A stretch of DNA of 62,925 bases, filler included, from 3 parts of 3 records of this genome joined end to end with filler, not necessarily neighbours in it; one strand, 5' to 3'. Shown: positions 41,467 through 51,773, numbered from the whole stretch's first letter. The notes: generated by a model from the letters alone, not told the origin. Numbers and translations: made by a program.

Positions 41467-44289
41467 ATGAATATTAAAACCAAAATTCTCCAAAGTATTT
41501 TCCTACTTCAAGCTTTACTTTTTTCGCTTTGTTCAGTGGCTCAAACTGACTGGCTAATAGATAATAGCTCTTATACTGCCAAACTAATTGAGTCAGGTGA
41601 TAGGCTTGAGCTTTCTAATGGTTTGGTGAAGCGTGTGATCAAAATCTCCCCAAACGCAGCAACTATCAGCTTGGACAATTTATACAGTGGAGAGTCATTT
41701 TTAAGAGGGGTAAAGCCCGAAGCTGAAATAACAATAGACGGAGTTAACTATGAAGTAGGTGGCTTAAAGGGACAGCCTAATTATGCATTTCTAAAGAAAG
41801 AATGGATAGCTGATCTCAGCAATAATTCTACTGCAATGCAATTCTCTGGATACGAAATTTTAGATACTGAAATGCCATTTGAATGGGCGAAAATTAGATA
41901 TGGGGATCATAATGCTCCTTGGCCTCCAAAGGGTATTCACCTTCGATTGGATTTTGATCTACCAGAAACCAATCAACTGTTACTTTCCGCCAGCCCTTTA
42001 CCAAGTGATTTGGGGAGGAAAACTATTTATGAAACTAATTTCAATAGTTTGGATAAAGGCTGGACTAGGTATGAATCTACTTCTCATGCTAGATCCTCCT
42101 TCGAAAATGAAGGAAAATTAGGAGAGATCTATACGCTACAAAATTCATCTGTCTATGTAGAGCGAAAGATAGACCAAAGTACAAGAATTATAGAGGCGAC
42201 TTTCAATACAGGAACTGATCAAGCAGAGGAATTTGGACCAGGAATCAGCTTAGTTTGGGCTGATAAAACTATCAAATTTTATTTAAGGCCAGGTGATAAT
42301 TCATATGACGATGGGATTCCCATGTTTGGGCTTTGGGATGGAGAAAAGCATATCCAAGCTGCTGGAGGAAGATCTACACAAGGTATATCTACTGCTTGGT
42401 CACTTCGCTTTAGAATAACTGATGAAGCGGTTTTTTGCGAAGCTAAACCCAAAAAAGGCGATTGGTTAACTATAGGGGAATTACCTGCTTTCTCTACCTC
42501 ACCGATGAGTGTGCGTATTGGAAAAACCAATGGAAGTGGTGAAGGGAAGGATGATAAAGAATTAGGCGAATTAGTTCGACTGCAGGTGGTTGACTTCGCT
42601 TTGTATGGGGACATTGACACCACTATTGTACCTAAATTACAACCTGGAGATTTGACAGTTTCGGTACATTATGAGTTATATGATGGTATTCCGGTTTTTG
42701 GGAAATGGATTTCAGTCAAAAATTCGAGTGGAAAAACAATAAATATTGGAGATTTTACCAGCGAAATAATTGCAGCTGTGGAGTACGAATCCCTAGTGGA
42801 AATGCGTGAAAACACCGTTTTCCACGAGCCTAATATCCATGTGGAAACTGACTTTGCTTTTTCTAGTATGACGGCCAGAGACGCCAATTCTCATGTAGTA
42901 AAATGGCTACCAGACCCAGAATACAGTAGTCAGGTAAATTACCTCAGGCAGACTCCAGCATTGCTAAAGGTAAGCCCTGAATTTGGTCCAGATCAAGACT
43001 TAAAGTCAGGAGATGAATTCACCTCCTTCCGAACTTTTGTATTGCCTCATGACAGCTATGAAAGAGAGAGGCAAGGTTTGGCGCTGCGCAAAATGTATAA
43101 AACGCTGGCGCCTTGGACTACCGAAAACCCATTGATGATGCATGCCAGGTTTGCGGATTGGGAAGGAGTTAAAAATGCGATTGACCAAGCTTCAGAGGTA
43201 GGTTTTGAAATGGTAATTCTGACATTCGGTAGTGGCTTTAACATTGAAGACGATAGTGATGAATACCTTGCGGAAATGAAGAGGTATGCGGATTACGCCA
43301 AGGGAAAAGGCGTGGAGATTGGTGGTTATTCTTTACTTGCTTCACGAAGCATAGATGCGGAAACTGATGTGGTTATGCCTGAAGGAAAGCGCCCAACTTT
43401 TGGGAATTCCCCATGCATAGGAAGTGATTGGGGACAGGAATATTTCCAAAAACTCTACAATTTTTATGAGAAATCGGGCTTCACACTTTTGGAACATGAC
43501 GGCTCCTATCCTGGAGATATTTGTATATCTGAAGATCATCCCGGACATAAAGGACTGGCAGATAGTAGATGGAATCAATATCAAGTCATTTCCGACTTCT
43601 ATAAATGGAGCCGTGGAAAAGGAATTTATCTCAATATTCCGGATTATTATTTCATGACTGGTGGTAGTAAAATTGCCATGGGATATCGGGAGGTGAATTG
43701 GAGCCTGCCGAGAAACGAACAGTTGATTCATGCCCGTCAGAATATCTTTGACGGCACTTGGGAGAAAACGTCAACAATGGGATGGATGTTTGTACCCTTG
43801 ACAGAATACCAAGGCGGAGGAGCAGCTGCCACTATCGAACCTTTAAATGAGCATTTGGCACATTATGAAATGATGATAGCATCAAATCTTGGAGCTGGTG
43901 TACAAGCATGCTACCGAGGACCTAGGCTTTATGATACCGAGGAAACCAAAATGATGGTGAAAAAGAGAGTAGAATGGTATAAAAAGCATCGCGCTGTATT
44001 AGAAGGGGATATTATTCATTTGAAAAGAGCAAATGGTATCGACCTGGATTATTGGCTAAATGTAAATCCCTCTGGGGAGGAAAAAGGAATGTTGGCAGTG
44101 TATAATCCTACAGATCATGAAATCACAAAGAAGATTACAGTCCCCCTTTACTACGCTGGCTTGAGTGATAAAACCAAAATGATTGGGAGTGATGGTTCTG
44201 TAAAAGAACTAACTCTGAACAGAGAATACGAAGTTGAAGTTGAAGTGATTGTCCCAGCAAATGGAGATGCTTGGGTAATTTTTCAATAA
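41467..44289 (+). CDS. Secreted alpha-galactosidase-like glycoside hydrolase (GH36/clan-D-like)
   Basis: Signal peptide; TIM-barrel-like C-terminal half with GFEMVILTFGSG, EHDGSYPG, YREVNWSLPR; family assignment is tentative. Confidence 0.6.
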   Translation: MNIKTKILQSIFLLQALLFSLCSVAQTDWLIDNSSYTAKLIESGDRLELSNGLVKRVIKISPNAATISLDNLYSGESFLRGVKPEAEITIDGVNYEVGGLKGQPNYAFLKKEWIADLSNNSTAMQFSGYEILDTEMPFEWAKIRYGDHNAPWPPKGIHLRLDFDLPETNQLLLSASPLPSDLGRKTIYETNFNSLDKGWTRYESTSHARSSFENEGKLGEIYTLQNSSVYVERKIDQSTRIIEATFNTGTDQAEEFGPGISLVWADKTIKFYLRPGDNSYDDGIPMFGLWDGEKHIQAAGGRSTQGISTAWSLRFRITDEAVFCEAKPKKGDWLTIGELPAFSTSPMSVRIGKTNGSGEGKDDKELGELVRLQVVDFALYGDIDTTIVPKLQPGDLTVSVHYELYDGIPVFGKWISVKNSSGKTINIGDFTSEIIAAVEYESLVEMRENTVFHEPNIHVETDFAFSSMTARDANSHVVKWLPDPEYSSQVNYLRQTPALLKVSPEFGPDQDLKSGDEFTSFRTFVLPHDSYERERQGLALRKMYKTLAPWTTENPLMMHARFADWEGVKNAIDQASEVGFEMVILTFGSGFNIEDDSDEYLAEMKRYADYAKGKGVEIGGYSLLASRSIDAETDVVMPEGKRPTFGNSPCIGSDWGQEYFQKLYNFYEKSGFTLLEHDGSYPGDICISEDHPGHKGLADSRWNQYQVISDFYKWSRGKGIYLNIPDYYFMTGGSKIAMGYREVNWSLPRNEQLIHARQNIFDGTWEKTSTMGWMFVPLTEYQGGGAAATIEPLNEHLAHYEMMIASNLGAGVQACYRGPRLYDTEETKMMVKKRVEWYKKHRAVLEGDIIHLKRANGIDLDYWLNVNPSGEEKGMLAVYNPTDHEITKKITVPLYYAGLSDKTKMIGSDGSVKELTLNREYEVEVEVIVPANGDAWVIFQ

Positions 44290-44443
44290 TATTAGTAGAC
44301 TCCTTTAAAATAGAGTTGAACGGTTTAAAGAGACCAACTATAGTTTCAAACTTCCCTATTCTAGTTTTATAGTATATGCATATCCGCTATTGTGCCAGTA
44401 TGGAGTCAAAAGCGAAAAATGATATCTTAAACTTAAGAATTGG

Positions 44444-44545
44444 GGCCGCTTCAGCCTGTCCCACCAGTGCAGGAGTCATCGGTTATCGTTCTTCCGGCCA
44501 TATAAGCAAAGAATCTAAGGTGAATGGCACCATCGCGTATATTCA
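44444..44545 (-). ncRNA. Putative structured RNA, full copy of dispersed element (copy B)
   Basis: Shares GCTTCAGCCTGTCC..CCAGTGC.G.AGTCA with 55873-55906 and AGCAAAGAATCTAAGG..TGGCA.CAT.GCG.AT with 22304-22355. Confidence 0.55.
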
Positions 44546-44553
44546 TTGTATAA

Positions 44554-45995
44554 TTAGCTCTCATTGAACTTTTTCATCAATTGATAGGTAAACTGAATAA
44601 TTTCTTTGTAGTTCTCTTTTGATATTTTCTCATCAATTCCATGAAATCTTGTCATAGACTCTGAAGTAATACGGAGCGGGTAATATCTGTACACATCCTC
44701 AGAAATCTTATAAAAATATCGAGCGTCAGTTCCACCACCAATTAAACCAGGTACCACCACCGTTTCAGGAAAGACAGACCGAACTGTAGCTTCCAAAAGT
44801 TTATAGGAATCTGAATCAATTCGCGAAGAAGGGGATGGATTAGTTAAAAAGCCTGATTTCTCTACTCGAACTTTATCACTGATGGTACTCTCTATGTGTT
44901 TCTGAACCGACTCAATTGTTTCTCCCTGAAGAATTCTAAAATTGATAGTAGCCTCTGCAACTGTTGGAATCACATTATTTTTAACTCCTCCATCGATGAT
45001 AGTAGCAGCTGTGGTGGTATGTGAATTTAGCGCTTCCAAAATAGGCCCTTTCAATAGCCATAGATTAGCAAAGGCAACTTTCTGAGCAAAGGGCATCTCA
45101 GGACCTAAATATTCGAGTTGGTATCGAACAGGATCTACTAATCTGTATGGTCGTTGATTATTTTCTAAGTCTACAATAGCTTGAGCAAGCATACCAATCG
45201 TGTTCTCTCGTGGCGGAGCAGAACTATGACCTCCATTTGTCTCGACAATTAATCGAAAAGATGCAAATCCCTTTTCTGCAACATTGATCATAGATACAGG
45301 CTGATCAATTCCCGGAACCATTCCTTCAGCTATCATTCCTCCTTCATCTAGGGTGAAGGCAGCACGAATTCCTTTCTCTTCTAAATAATCGGCAATTTTA
45401 GCTGCACCATTTGTTCCACCAACTTCCTCATCGTGACCAAAAGCAAAATAAATCGTTTGGTTTGGGACAAAACCTTCTTTAATAAGTATCTCGGCGCTTT
45501 CTAATAAAGCAATAAGAGATGATTTGTCGTCCATAGTACCACGGCCAATAATATGATCTTCCGTGATTTTACCTTCAAATGGTCCCGCTTCCCACATATT
45601 TAATGTAGGCACATCTACCGGTACTACATCCTGATGTGACATCAAAATAATTGGTTTTTTGTAGGGTCAGCACCTTCCCAAGTATAAAGGAGGCTGTATT
45701 CACTGATTTTAGTAAGCGACATTGCCTCATGCACCAATGGGTAAGTTTCCGCCAAAAAAGCATGAAACCCGCTAAATGCTGCAGAATCAGGGATGGCCTC
45801 TTCACTGAAAGATATCGTCTTAAATCGTATGGCCTTCGATAAATTTTGAAAAGCATTTTCTGAAATTTCGACTACCTGAATAGGCTGTGGTTCTACCTGT
45901 TTAGACTCCATCCTAAGTGCATTGAAAATCAAAATGGCACCTAGAAGGATTACCAATACAAATAGTCCTAAAAATATTTTTCCGATTTTCTTCAT
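44554..45995 (-). pseudogene. M20 family peptidase (Gly-Xaa carboxypeptidase/PM20D1-like) split by a 1-nt frameshift
   Basis: Adding one T to the T6 run at 45655-45660 joins the two ORFs into ...GADPTKKPIILMSHQDVVP; GRGTMDDK, HDEE, DEGG, GGHSS, GGTD motifs. Confidence 0.85.
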
Positions 45996-46191
45996 GTGAA
46001 ATACTGTTGAGATTTGGGATAATAGGTTGAATATAAGAAAGTAGACTGAATTCTCTTAAATTGAATTTAATCCTAAAATGCACGGGGTTACAATCTCACA
46101 TTCAGATAATCAGAATCTATTCTGGATATTTTAAGATCTTTAGCCTACTTGCACAGCAAAACTGAACACAGAAATCATTTGAATTACACTT

Positions 46192-46446
46192 ATGTTTGAC
46201 GGTCCTGATTATCCCAAATCAATCACTGAAGAAGAGTTTGAATCCTGGTTGGAAGAGGGTAGAACTAGTAAAATCAGCTACCATTTTTTGCTGATTGTAT
46301 GGAATGTATATGATGAAAAGTACAATCCCGTCTTTGTGGAAACTAGAGATGAAATAGGAAATTATGAATTATACCCCGATGCTAGAGGTTCCGAAGGATT
46401 GATAGCAGTCTATGATCTCTATTCTGAAAGTAGAGTTGGTCTCTAA
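46192..46446 (+). CDS. Small conserved hypothetical protein
   Basis: 84-aa ATG ORF with natural composition (FESWLEEGR, YDLYSESR). Confidence 0.7.
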   Translation: MFDGPDYPKSITEEEFESWLEEGRTSKISYHFLLIVWNVYDEKYNPVFVETRDEIGNYELYPDARGSEGLIAVYDLYSESRVGL

Positions 46447-46567
46447 GATTAGCTGTAAAATACCATATAACTAATATATGTTTTTGGTGAATTTTGCCGA
46501 TCAACACACAACTAGTGGATTCGAGTTAATATTTCTATTATTTAGCTGTAAGAAAACCTCCCTATCT

Positions 46568-46990
46568 ATGTTAAAAAGAATCACCTCACTTGTTCTACTT
46601 GTTATCCTTAGCACTGCCTGTAGCAAAAAGTCTGAAAAAGCTCCTCAGGAGTTTAATGTAGAATTTGAAAAATTCAAGCTAGACAATGGTCTCGAGGTGA
46701 TTTTTCACATTGATAAATCAGATCCAGTGGTGGCTGTTTCACTCACTGCTCACGTGGGGTCCGCTCGTGAAAAAGAGGGTCGAACTGGCTTTGCGCATCT
46801 TTTCGAGCACCTGCTTTTTCTAGAATCAGAAAACTTAGGTAAAGGTGGATTGGATAAAATGACAGCTAGAATAGGAGGCTCTGGAGCAAACGGTTCAACG
46901 AGTCGAGACAGAACGAATTACCTTCAGACTGTTCCGAATGATGCATTGGAAAAAATGATATGGGCAGAAGCAGACAAACTAGGTTGGTTT
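46568..46990 (+). CDS. M16 family zinc peptidase lipoprotein (3'-truncated by gap)
   Basis: Lipobox STAC; LDNGL, VGSARE, GFAHLFEH (HxxEH), NGST. Confidence 0.9.
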
Positions 46991-47090
46991 NNNNNNNNNN
47001 NNNNNNNNNNNNNNNNNNNNNNNNNNNNNNNNNNTTAATTAATTAANNNNNNNNNNNNNNNNNNNNNNNNNNNNNNNNNNNNNNNNNNNN
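46991..47090. other. Assembly gap with TTAATTAATTAA contig linker
   Basis: N-runs around linker at 47035-47046. Confidence 0.95.
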
Positions 47091-47116
47091 GTGACTGGCA
47101 TCATTGCGGATAATCA
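47091..47116 (-). repeat. Partial copy of dispersed element (copy C)
   Basis: GTGACTGGCATCATTGCGGATAATCA; CTGGCATCATTGCGGATAATCA is identical to 22334-22355. Confidence 0.75.
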
Positions 47117-47153
47117 TAATTTTAATTTACCTTTATTCTTTATTTCAACACAA

Positions 47154-47498
47154 ATGAAAAAACAGCTGTCATTCCTAGTAATTTCCCTGAGTTGGGTGAT
47201 CTGGTTTATAGCTGTTTTCGCATTTCCTGTCTCAACTACCTCTACCCATACAGACTTCTCCCACGATTCTGTATCCAATCATATACAGCTTAGTGCTAAT
47301 CCATTAAGCGCAGGTATTGACATACTTAAAATTCCCGAATTTAAAGTAGACTGGAGCTTAAACTACAAGTTAAATTCCGATTACAAATTTGAATTAATCA
47401 GTCCATACAAGGCTTATTTATCGCCTTCATTTTTCAAAAAGTCACTTCCACTTTTCGACGTCAAAGACACTTTTATACATTTTTTCTACACTTGGTAA
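47154..47498 (+). CDS. Hypothetical protein with N-terminal hydrophobic segment
   Basis: ATG at 47154 (MKKQLSFLV...), signal/TM helix, ends HFFYTW. Confidence 0.6.
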   Translation: MKKQLSFLVISLSWVIWFIAVFAFPVSTTSTHTDFSHDSVSNHIQLSANPLSAGIDILKIPEFKVDWSLNYKLNSDYKFELISPYKAYLSPSFFKKSLPLFDVKDTFIHFFYTW

Positions 47499-47565
47499 AA
47501 TAACATAGAATCCAGTTCAGCGATGCTGAATCGCATAAAATTCTATTCATTTTAACCAATTTCCT

Positions 47566-48060
47566 ATGATCTCAATAGATCCAGTTACACTCGCTGTGAC
47601 TTCATTTGCTATGGTGGCTACTGCTTCACCATTTGTATATTACAGTTATAAAATCAAAAAGTTAAACTCAGCTAATCTCGCCTCATTTGAGGAGTTTGCT
47701 AGCGCTAATAACTCCTTCCCTACACAGCATGAACGTTGGAGAAATCATTACCATCTCGGCTTAGATATTCAACATAAAAAGTTGATATATCACAGATTTG
47801 GAAGCTATCCTGAGCAAAGCATGGTGGACCTCAAAGAGGTAAACAAAGTAAGTATTCAAGAGAAAAGTCGCATGGTAAAGGTAGGTAAGGAGAAGCGTCA
47901 TATTCTTGAATACCTTGCCTTGCAATTTCATTTTAAGGACTCAAATCATTCTCCGAAAACAATAGAAATGTATGATGGAGAGCTATTTACTGATGTTGCT
48001 GGAGAACGTGGAATTGCCGAAAAATGGCAAAAAATACTTGAAAAACAGCTAAAGGATTAA
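47566..48060 (+). CDS. Hypothetical membrane-anchored protein
   Basis: 164 aa with an N-terminal TM helix and a soluble beta-rich domain. Confidence 0.7.
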   Translation: MISIDPVTLAVTSFAMVATASPFVYYSYKIKKLNSANLASFEEFASANNSFPTQHERWRNHYHLGLDIQHKKLIYHRFGSYPEQSMVDLKEVNKVSIQEKSRMVKVGKEKRHILEYLALQFHFKDSNHSPKTIEMYDGELFTDVAGERGIAEKWQKILEKQLKD

Positions 48061-48127
48061 TCCTTTTAATCCTTAAAAAATGGTGTCAAATGACTCTAAA
48101 ATATCATAAATGATTCAATTGATTATG

Positions 48128-48158
48128 CAAGACCCGGTTAGCTAACTGGGTCTTTTTT
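48128..48158 (+). terminator. Intrinsic terminator
   Basis: AAGACCCGGTTAGCTAACTGGGTCTTTTTT. Confidence 0.8.
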
Positions 48159-48234
48159 ATTAATCTGCTTTCCGTTTTATAACTCAAAAATCGATAATTT
48201 GTAAATCTTAAACATTCCAGTTTTTAATCCAATT

Positions 48235-48669
48235 ATGTCAGATACCCCTATTCATAAAGAGTATTCCAACGGAGAAGTTACCATCACTTGGGAACCACAT
48301 AAATGCATTCATTCTAAAAATTGTGTCAAAGGCCTCCCTTCTGTATTTGATTTTGAAAAAAGACCTTGGGTAAAAGCAGATGGAGCAAGTACGGAGGAAA
48401 TTGTAAAGCAAATAGATAAATGCCCAAGTGGTGCACTTGGCTACTATTTCAAAGAAGAAAAAGAAACAAGCTCAGGAGATGTGATGTCTGAGCAATTGGT
48501 GGAAGTAATGCCTAACGGTCCTTTGATGGTCTATGGAAACCTGAAGGTGAAGCTCCTTAATGGACATATCAAAAACCAAAGTAAGGTCTCAGCTTTTTGC
48601 AGATGTGGTTCCAGTCAAAACAAACCTTTCTGTGATGGCACACATAAGAAAATTAATTTCCAAGGATAA
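48235..48669 (+). CDS. Divergent 4Fe-4S (Fer4_19/YjdI-like) + CDGSH iron-sulfur protein
   Basis: CIHSKNC...RPW...CPSGAL; FCRCGSSQNKPFCDGTH. Confidence 0.9.
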   Translation: MSDTPIHKEYSNGEVTITWEPHKCIHSKNCVKGLPSVFDFEKRPWVKADGASTEEIVKQIDKCPSGALGYYFKEEKETSSGDVMSEQLVEVMPNGPLMVYGNLKVKLLNGHIKNQSKVSAFCRCGSSQNKPFCDGTHKKINFQG

Positions 48670-48680
48670 AGGCAGTATAG

Positions 48681-49241
48681 ATGCGTAAAGTACTTGTTCT
48701 TTTTGCCCACCCTAAATTCGAGCATTCCGAGGTAAATCAAGCGTTAATTCAAGCTATTTCAGGAATTGAAAACATTGAAATTCGAGATTTATACGAACTA
48801 TATCCTGATTTCAATATTTCCATTCAAGCTGAGCAAGAAGCACTTTTTGAGGCTGAGGTAGTCATTTGGCATCATCCTATTTATTGGTATTCCTGTCCTC
48901 CGCTCATGAAGCAGTGGATAGATCTGGTGTTGGAGTTTGGCTGGGCGTATGGACCAGGAGGTATTTATCTCAAAGGAAAATACATCGCAAATGCCATCAC
49001 TTCAGGTGGATCTCAGGAAGCATATCAATACGATGGAAGAAATAAGTATAAAATTGAAGACTTTCTAAGGCCATTTGAGCAAACTGCAAGATTGTGTAAC
49101 ATGACTTATTTACCTCCTTTCCAAGTGGCTGGAACTCATAAAATCTCCGCCCTTGATCTCAAGGAAAAAGCAAATTCCTATCGGGAATTTCTCCTAGAAC
49201 TTCGAGACGCAGCTGACCTCTCTTACCTTAAAAATCTTTAA
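48681..49241 (+). CDS. KefF/KefG-like NAD(P)H-dependent oxidoreductase
   Basis: FAHP, DLYELYPDF, HPIYWYSCP, WID.V...GWAYG; upstream of the Kef antiporter. Confidence 0.9.
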   Translation: MRKVLVLFAHPKFEHSEVNQALIQAISGIENIEIRDLYELYPDFNISIQAEQEALFEAEVVIWHHPIYWYSCPPLMKQWIDLVLEFGWAYGPGGIYLKGKYIANAITSGGSQEAYQYDGRNKYKIEDFLRPFEQTARLCNMTYLPPFQVAGTHKISALDLKEKANSYREFLLELRDAADLSYLKNL

Positions 49242-49252
49242 TATCTAAACTC

Positions 49253-51151
49253 ATGAATGGATTCTTGGTAAATGCCATCCTATATATTATTGCTGCGATT
49301 ATCTGTGTACCTGTTGCCAAAAAACTTGGAATGGGCTCGGTGCTTGGATATTTGATTGCAGGAATCCTGATCGGCCCCTACTTGCTTGGCTTTATTACCA
49401 ATGAAGGCCAAGGCCAAGATATCATGCATGCCACAGAGTTTGGAGTGGTAATGATGCTATTTCTGATAGGTCTGGAATTAGAGCCCAAGAATCTTTGGAA
49501 AATGCGTCAGTTGATTCTAAAAGTCGGGTTGAGTCAAGTGCTGATTACCTCTGCTTTGGTATTTGGAATAGGAATTCTATTGCAAGTCCAATGGCAGATC
49601 TCCCTCGCGATTGGACTTTCAATGGCACTTTCATCCACCGCTATTGTGCTGCAATCTCTCAAAGAAAAAAATCAAATGAACGGTCCAATCGGGAAGCTTT
49701 CCTTTGGTGTGCTTTTGATGCAGGATATCGCTGTCATCCCAATTTTAGCAATCTTACCATTACTGATAGTCGGTGACCCTATTCCAGCATCCAATGCTTC
49801 AGAGATGCATGGATTGATTGATAGCTTACCCGGTTGGGCTCAAACTTTGTCTATTTTTGGTGCGATTGGAATTGTAGTTCTTCTTGGTCAATTCGGATTT
49901 GGCCCATTGCTAAATTATGTAGCTAAAAGTAGACTTCGCGAATTATTCACAGCATCCGCCTTATTGATCGTAGTAGGAATTTCCTTTTTGATGGAGCTTG
50001 TGGGACTAAGCCCTGCCTTGGGAGCATTTTTGGCGGGAGTTATCCTAGCCAATTCGCCATACCGACACGCGCTAGAATCCGACTTAGAGCCGTTCAAAGG
50101 ATTGCTTTTAGGCCTATTTTTTATGGCTGTTGGATCTACGATCAATTTCAGTTTGATATTCAATAATGCTACCACCGTCATTTCTTTGACCTTAGGAATA
50201 ATTGTTCTGAAAACAATCATCTTGCTAATCATAGGAAAGTCAAAAAAACTTAGACCAGCTGATAATCTGAGTTTTGCAATTGGCCTTTCGCAAGTCGGAG
50301 AATTCTCATTTGTAACATATGCTTTCGCACTTCAGTTGGGGATATTCGATCAGTCCATTTCCGATACACTGATGGCTGTCACCGCATTGAGCATGACTAT
50401 CACTCCTATTCTGATGGTTATTCTCGACAAAGTCATCCTTCCTACTTTAAATAGAAAAGATCAAGTGATTGAAAAAGAAATGGATCGCATCGACGAGCAC
50501 AACAAGGTGATACTAGTAGGATTTGGTCATTTCGGGTCCACTCTCGGAAGATTTCTAAGGGCGAATGGTGTGGAGGCAACCATTCTGGATGCAGACCCTG
50601 ACCGCGTAGAGTACCTTCGCAAAATGGGGTTCAAAGTATATTTTGGCGATGGCACCCGTGCAGATCTTTTGCTTTCAGCAGGAGTCATGGATGCATCAAT
50701 ATTGATTTCAGCACTTGACAACACGGAATATAGTATCAAACTGGTAGAACTTTGCAAAGAGGAATTTTCACATTTGGAAGTTATGATCAGAGCAAAAAAC
50801 CGATATGATGCTTTTGAACTCATGGAAATGGGGGTGAAAAATATCTACCGTGAACACTTAGATACTTCTATCAAAATGGGAGAAGACGTATTGAAAAAGC
50901 TTGGTTTCCGTGCTCATACAGTTCATCGTTTGGCAAAACAATTCCGGGATTACGATGAAGGTGCTTTGAAGGTATTGGTGAACTTCAAAGACAACAGGGA
51001 TGAGTATATCACCAAAAGTAGACAGCAAATAGAAATGCAGGAAAGTCTATTAAATGGTGAATTGATGAGAAAATTCTCAGTGAACGACCATACTTGGGAT
51101 AGTGACTCTATCAAGGAAGCAGTAAACTCAGACGTAAAAACTTCGAAGTAA
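49253..51151 (+). CDS. Glutathione-regulated K+ efflux antiporter (KefB/KefC, CPA2)
   Basis: EFGVVMMLFLIGLE, LSSTAI, QD, LEPFKGLLLGLFF, GEF, KTN domain GFGHFG. Confidence 0.93.
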   Translation: MNGFLVNAILYIIAAIICVPVAKKLGMGSVLGYLIAGILIGPYLLGFITNEGQGQDIMHATEFGVVMMLFLIGLELEPKNLWKMRQLILKVGLSQVLITSALVFGIGILLQVQWQISLAIGLSMALSSTAIVLQSLKEKNQMNGPIGKLSFGVLLMQDIAVIPILAILPLLIVGDPIPASNASEMHGLIDSLPGWAQTLSIFGAIGIVVLLGQFGFGPLLNYVAKSRLRELFTASALLIVVGISFLMELVGLSPALGAFLAGVILANSPYRHALESDLEPFKGLLLGLFFMAVGSTINFSLIFNNATTVISLTLGIIVLKTIILLIIGKSKKLRPADNLSFAIGLSQVGEFSFVTYAFALQLGIFDQSISDTLMAVTALSMTITPILMVILDKVILPTLNRKDQVIEKEMDRIDEHNKVILVGFGHFGSTLGRFLRANGVEATILDADPDRVEYLRKMGFKVYFGDGTRADLLLSAGVMDASILISALDNTEYSIKLVELCKEEFSHLEVMIRAKNRYDAFELMEMGVKNIYREHLDTSIKMGEDVLKKLGFRAHTVHRLAKQFRDYDEGALKVLVNFKDNRDEYITKSRQQIEMQESLLNGELMRKFSVNDHTWDSDSIKEAVNSDVKTSK

Positions 51152-51432
51152 GAAGATCTTGTAGAGCGTATCCCATTCATTTTTATCCATCAATCCAACA
51201 AACATCTTGTATTCGTAGATGTTAAGAATAGAAATCATTTTCTAACCCGCCAACAGATTGAGTGTGAAAATTAACAAAGCTATAAATTGTTAAATCTATA
51301 GTTTGAAGTAGCGAATATTCAGTTTATCACGTTATTTCAAATACTGGGAACTTAGACACACGATTTCTGTTTTAAGTGACAGTGATTAGAATTCCATATA
51401 GCTATTAACTTTTCACTTCTATACACATCACT

Positions 51433-51681
51433 ATGAACCAACACTTTACACTACTAAAAAAAGCCATCGAAGTATTTCACTCCTATGGTATCACTTTGAC
51501 AGGTCAGAAAAAAAATGCGGACTTTGTACAGCAATTGAACATGGATCAAGTCTTTATTAATGGTCTGATTTTCGAATTGGAATATCAGCTTCAGGTGATT
51601 TTTCAGGATGAAAAACTAGGTACTGTACATACGCCGAAGGATTTGATAGCGTTACTTGTAAACATCCCCCAAGACAATTGA
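51433..51681 (+). CDS. Acyl-carrier-protein-like protein lacking the conserved serine
   Basis: ADFVQQLNMDQVFINGLIFELE..IFQDE...HTPKDLI aligns with the ACP pattern ASF..DLGADSLD.VEL...LE...I.DE....T. Confidence 0.65.
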   Translation: MNQHFTLLKKAIEVFHSYGITLTGQKKNADFVQQLNMDQVFINGLIFELEYQLQVIFQDEKLGTVHTPKDLIALLVNIPQDN

Positions 51682-51708
51682 TGGGTGTTTTGAAAACTAA
51701 ACCAACTT

Positions 51709-51745
51709 AAAAGGGCTGACTTCCATAGGAATCATCCCTTTTTTT
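51709..51745. terminator. Bidirectional terminator
   Basis: AAAAGGG...TTCC-ata-GGAA...CCCTTTTTTT. Confidence 0.65.
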
Positions 51746-51773
51746 GTTCTGAGTAATGAAACTGTAAACAACC

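Noticed and set aside
44444-44545. Resemblance of the dispersed element to the fluoride riboswitch (GAUGACUCCU) or ZTP riboswitch (ACUGGCG..CAGG)
   Set aside because: The required pseudoknot partners (5' GGAGU, or 3' CGCCUGGGC) are missing, and there are no crcB/purH-type downstream genes.
44376-44567. 63-aa plus-strand ORF
   Set aside because: Runs through the repeated element and has no protein-like features.
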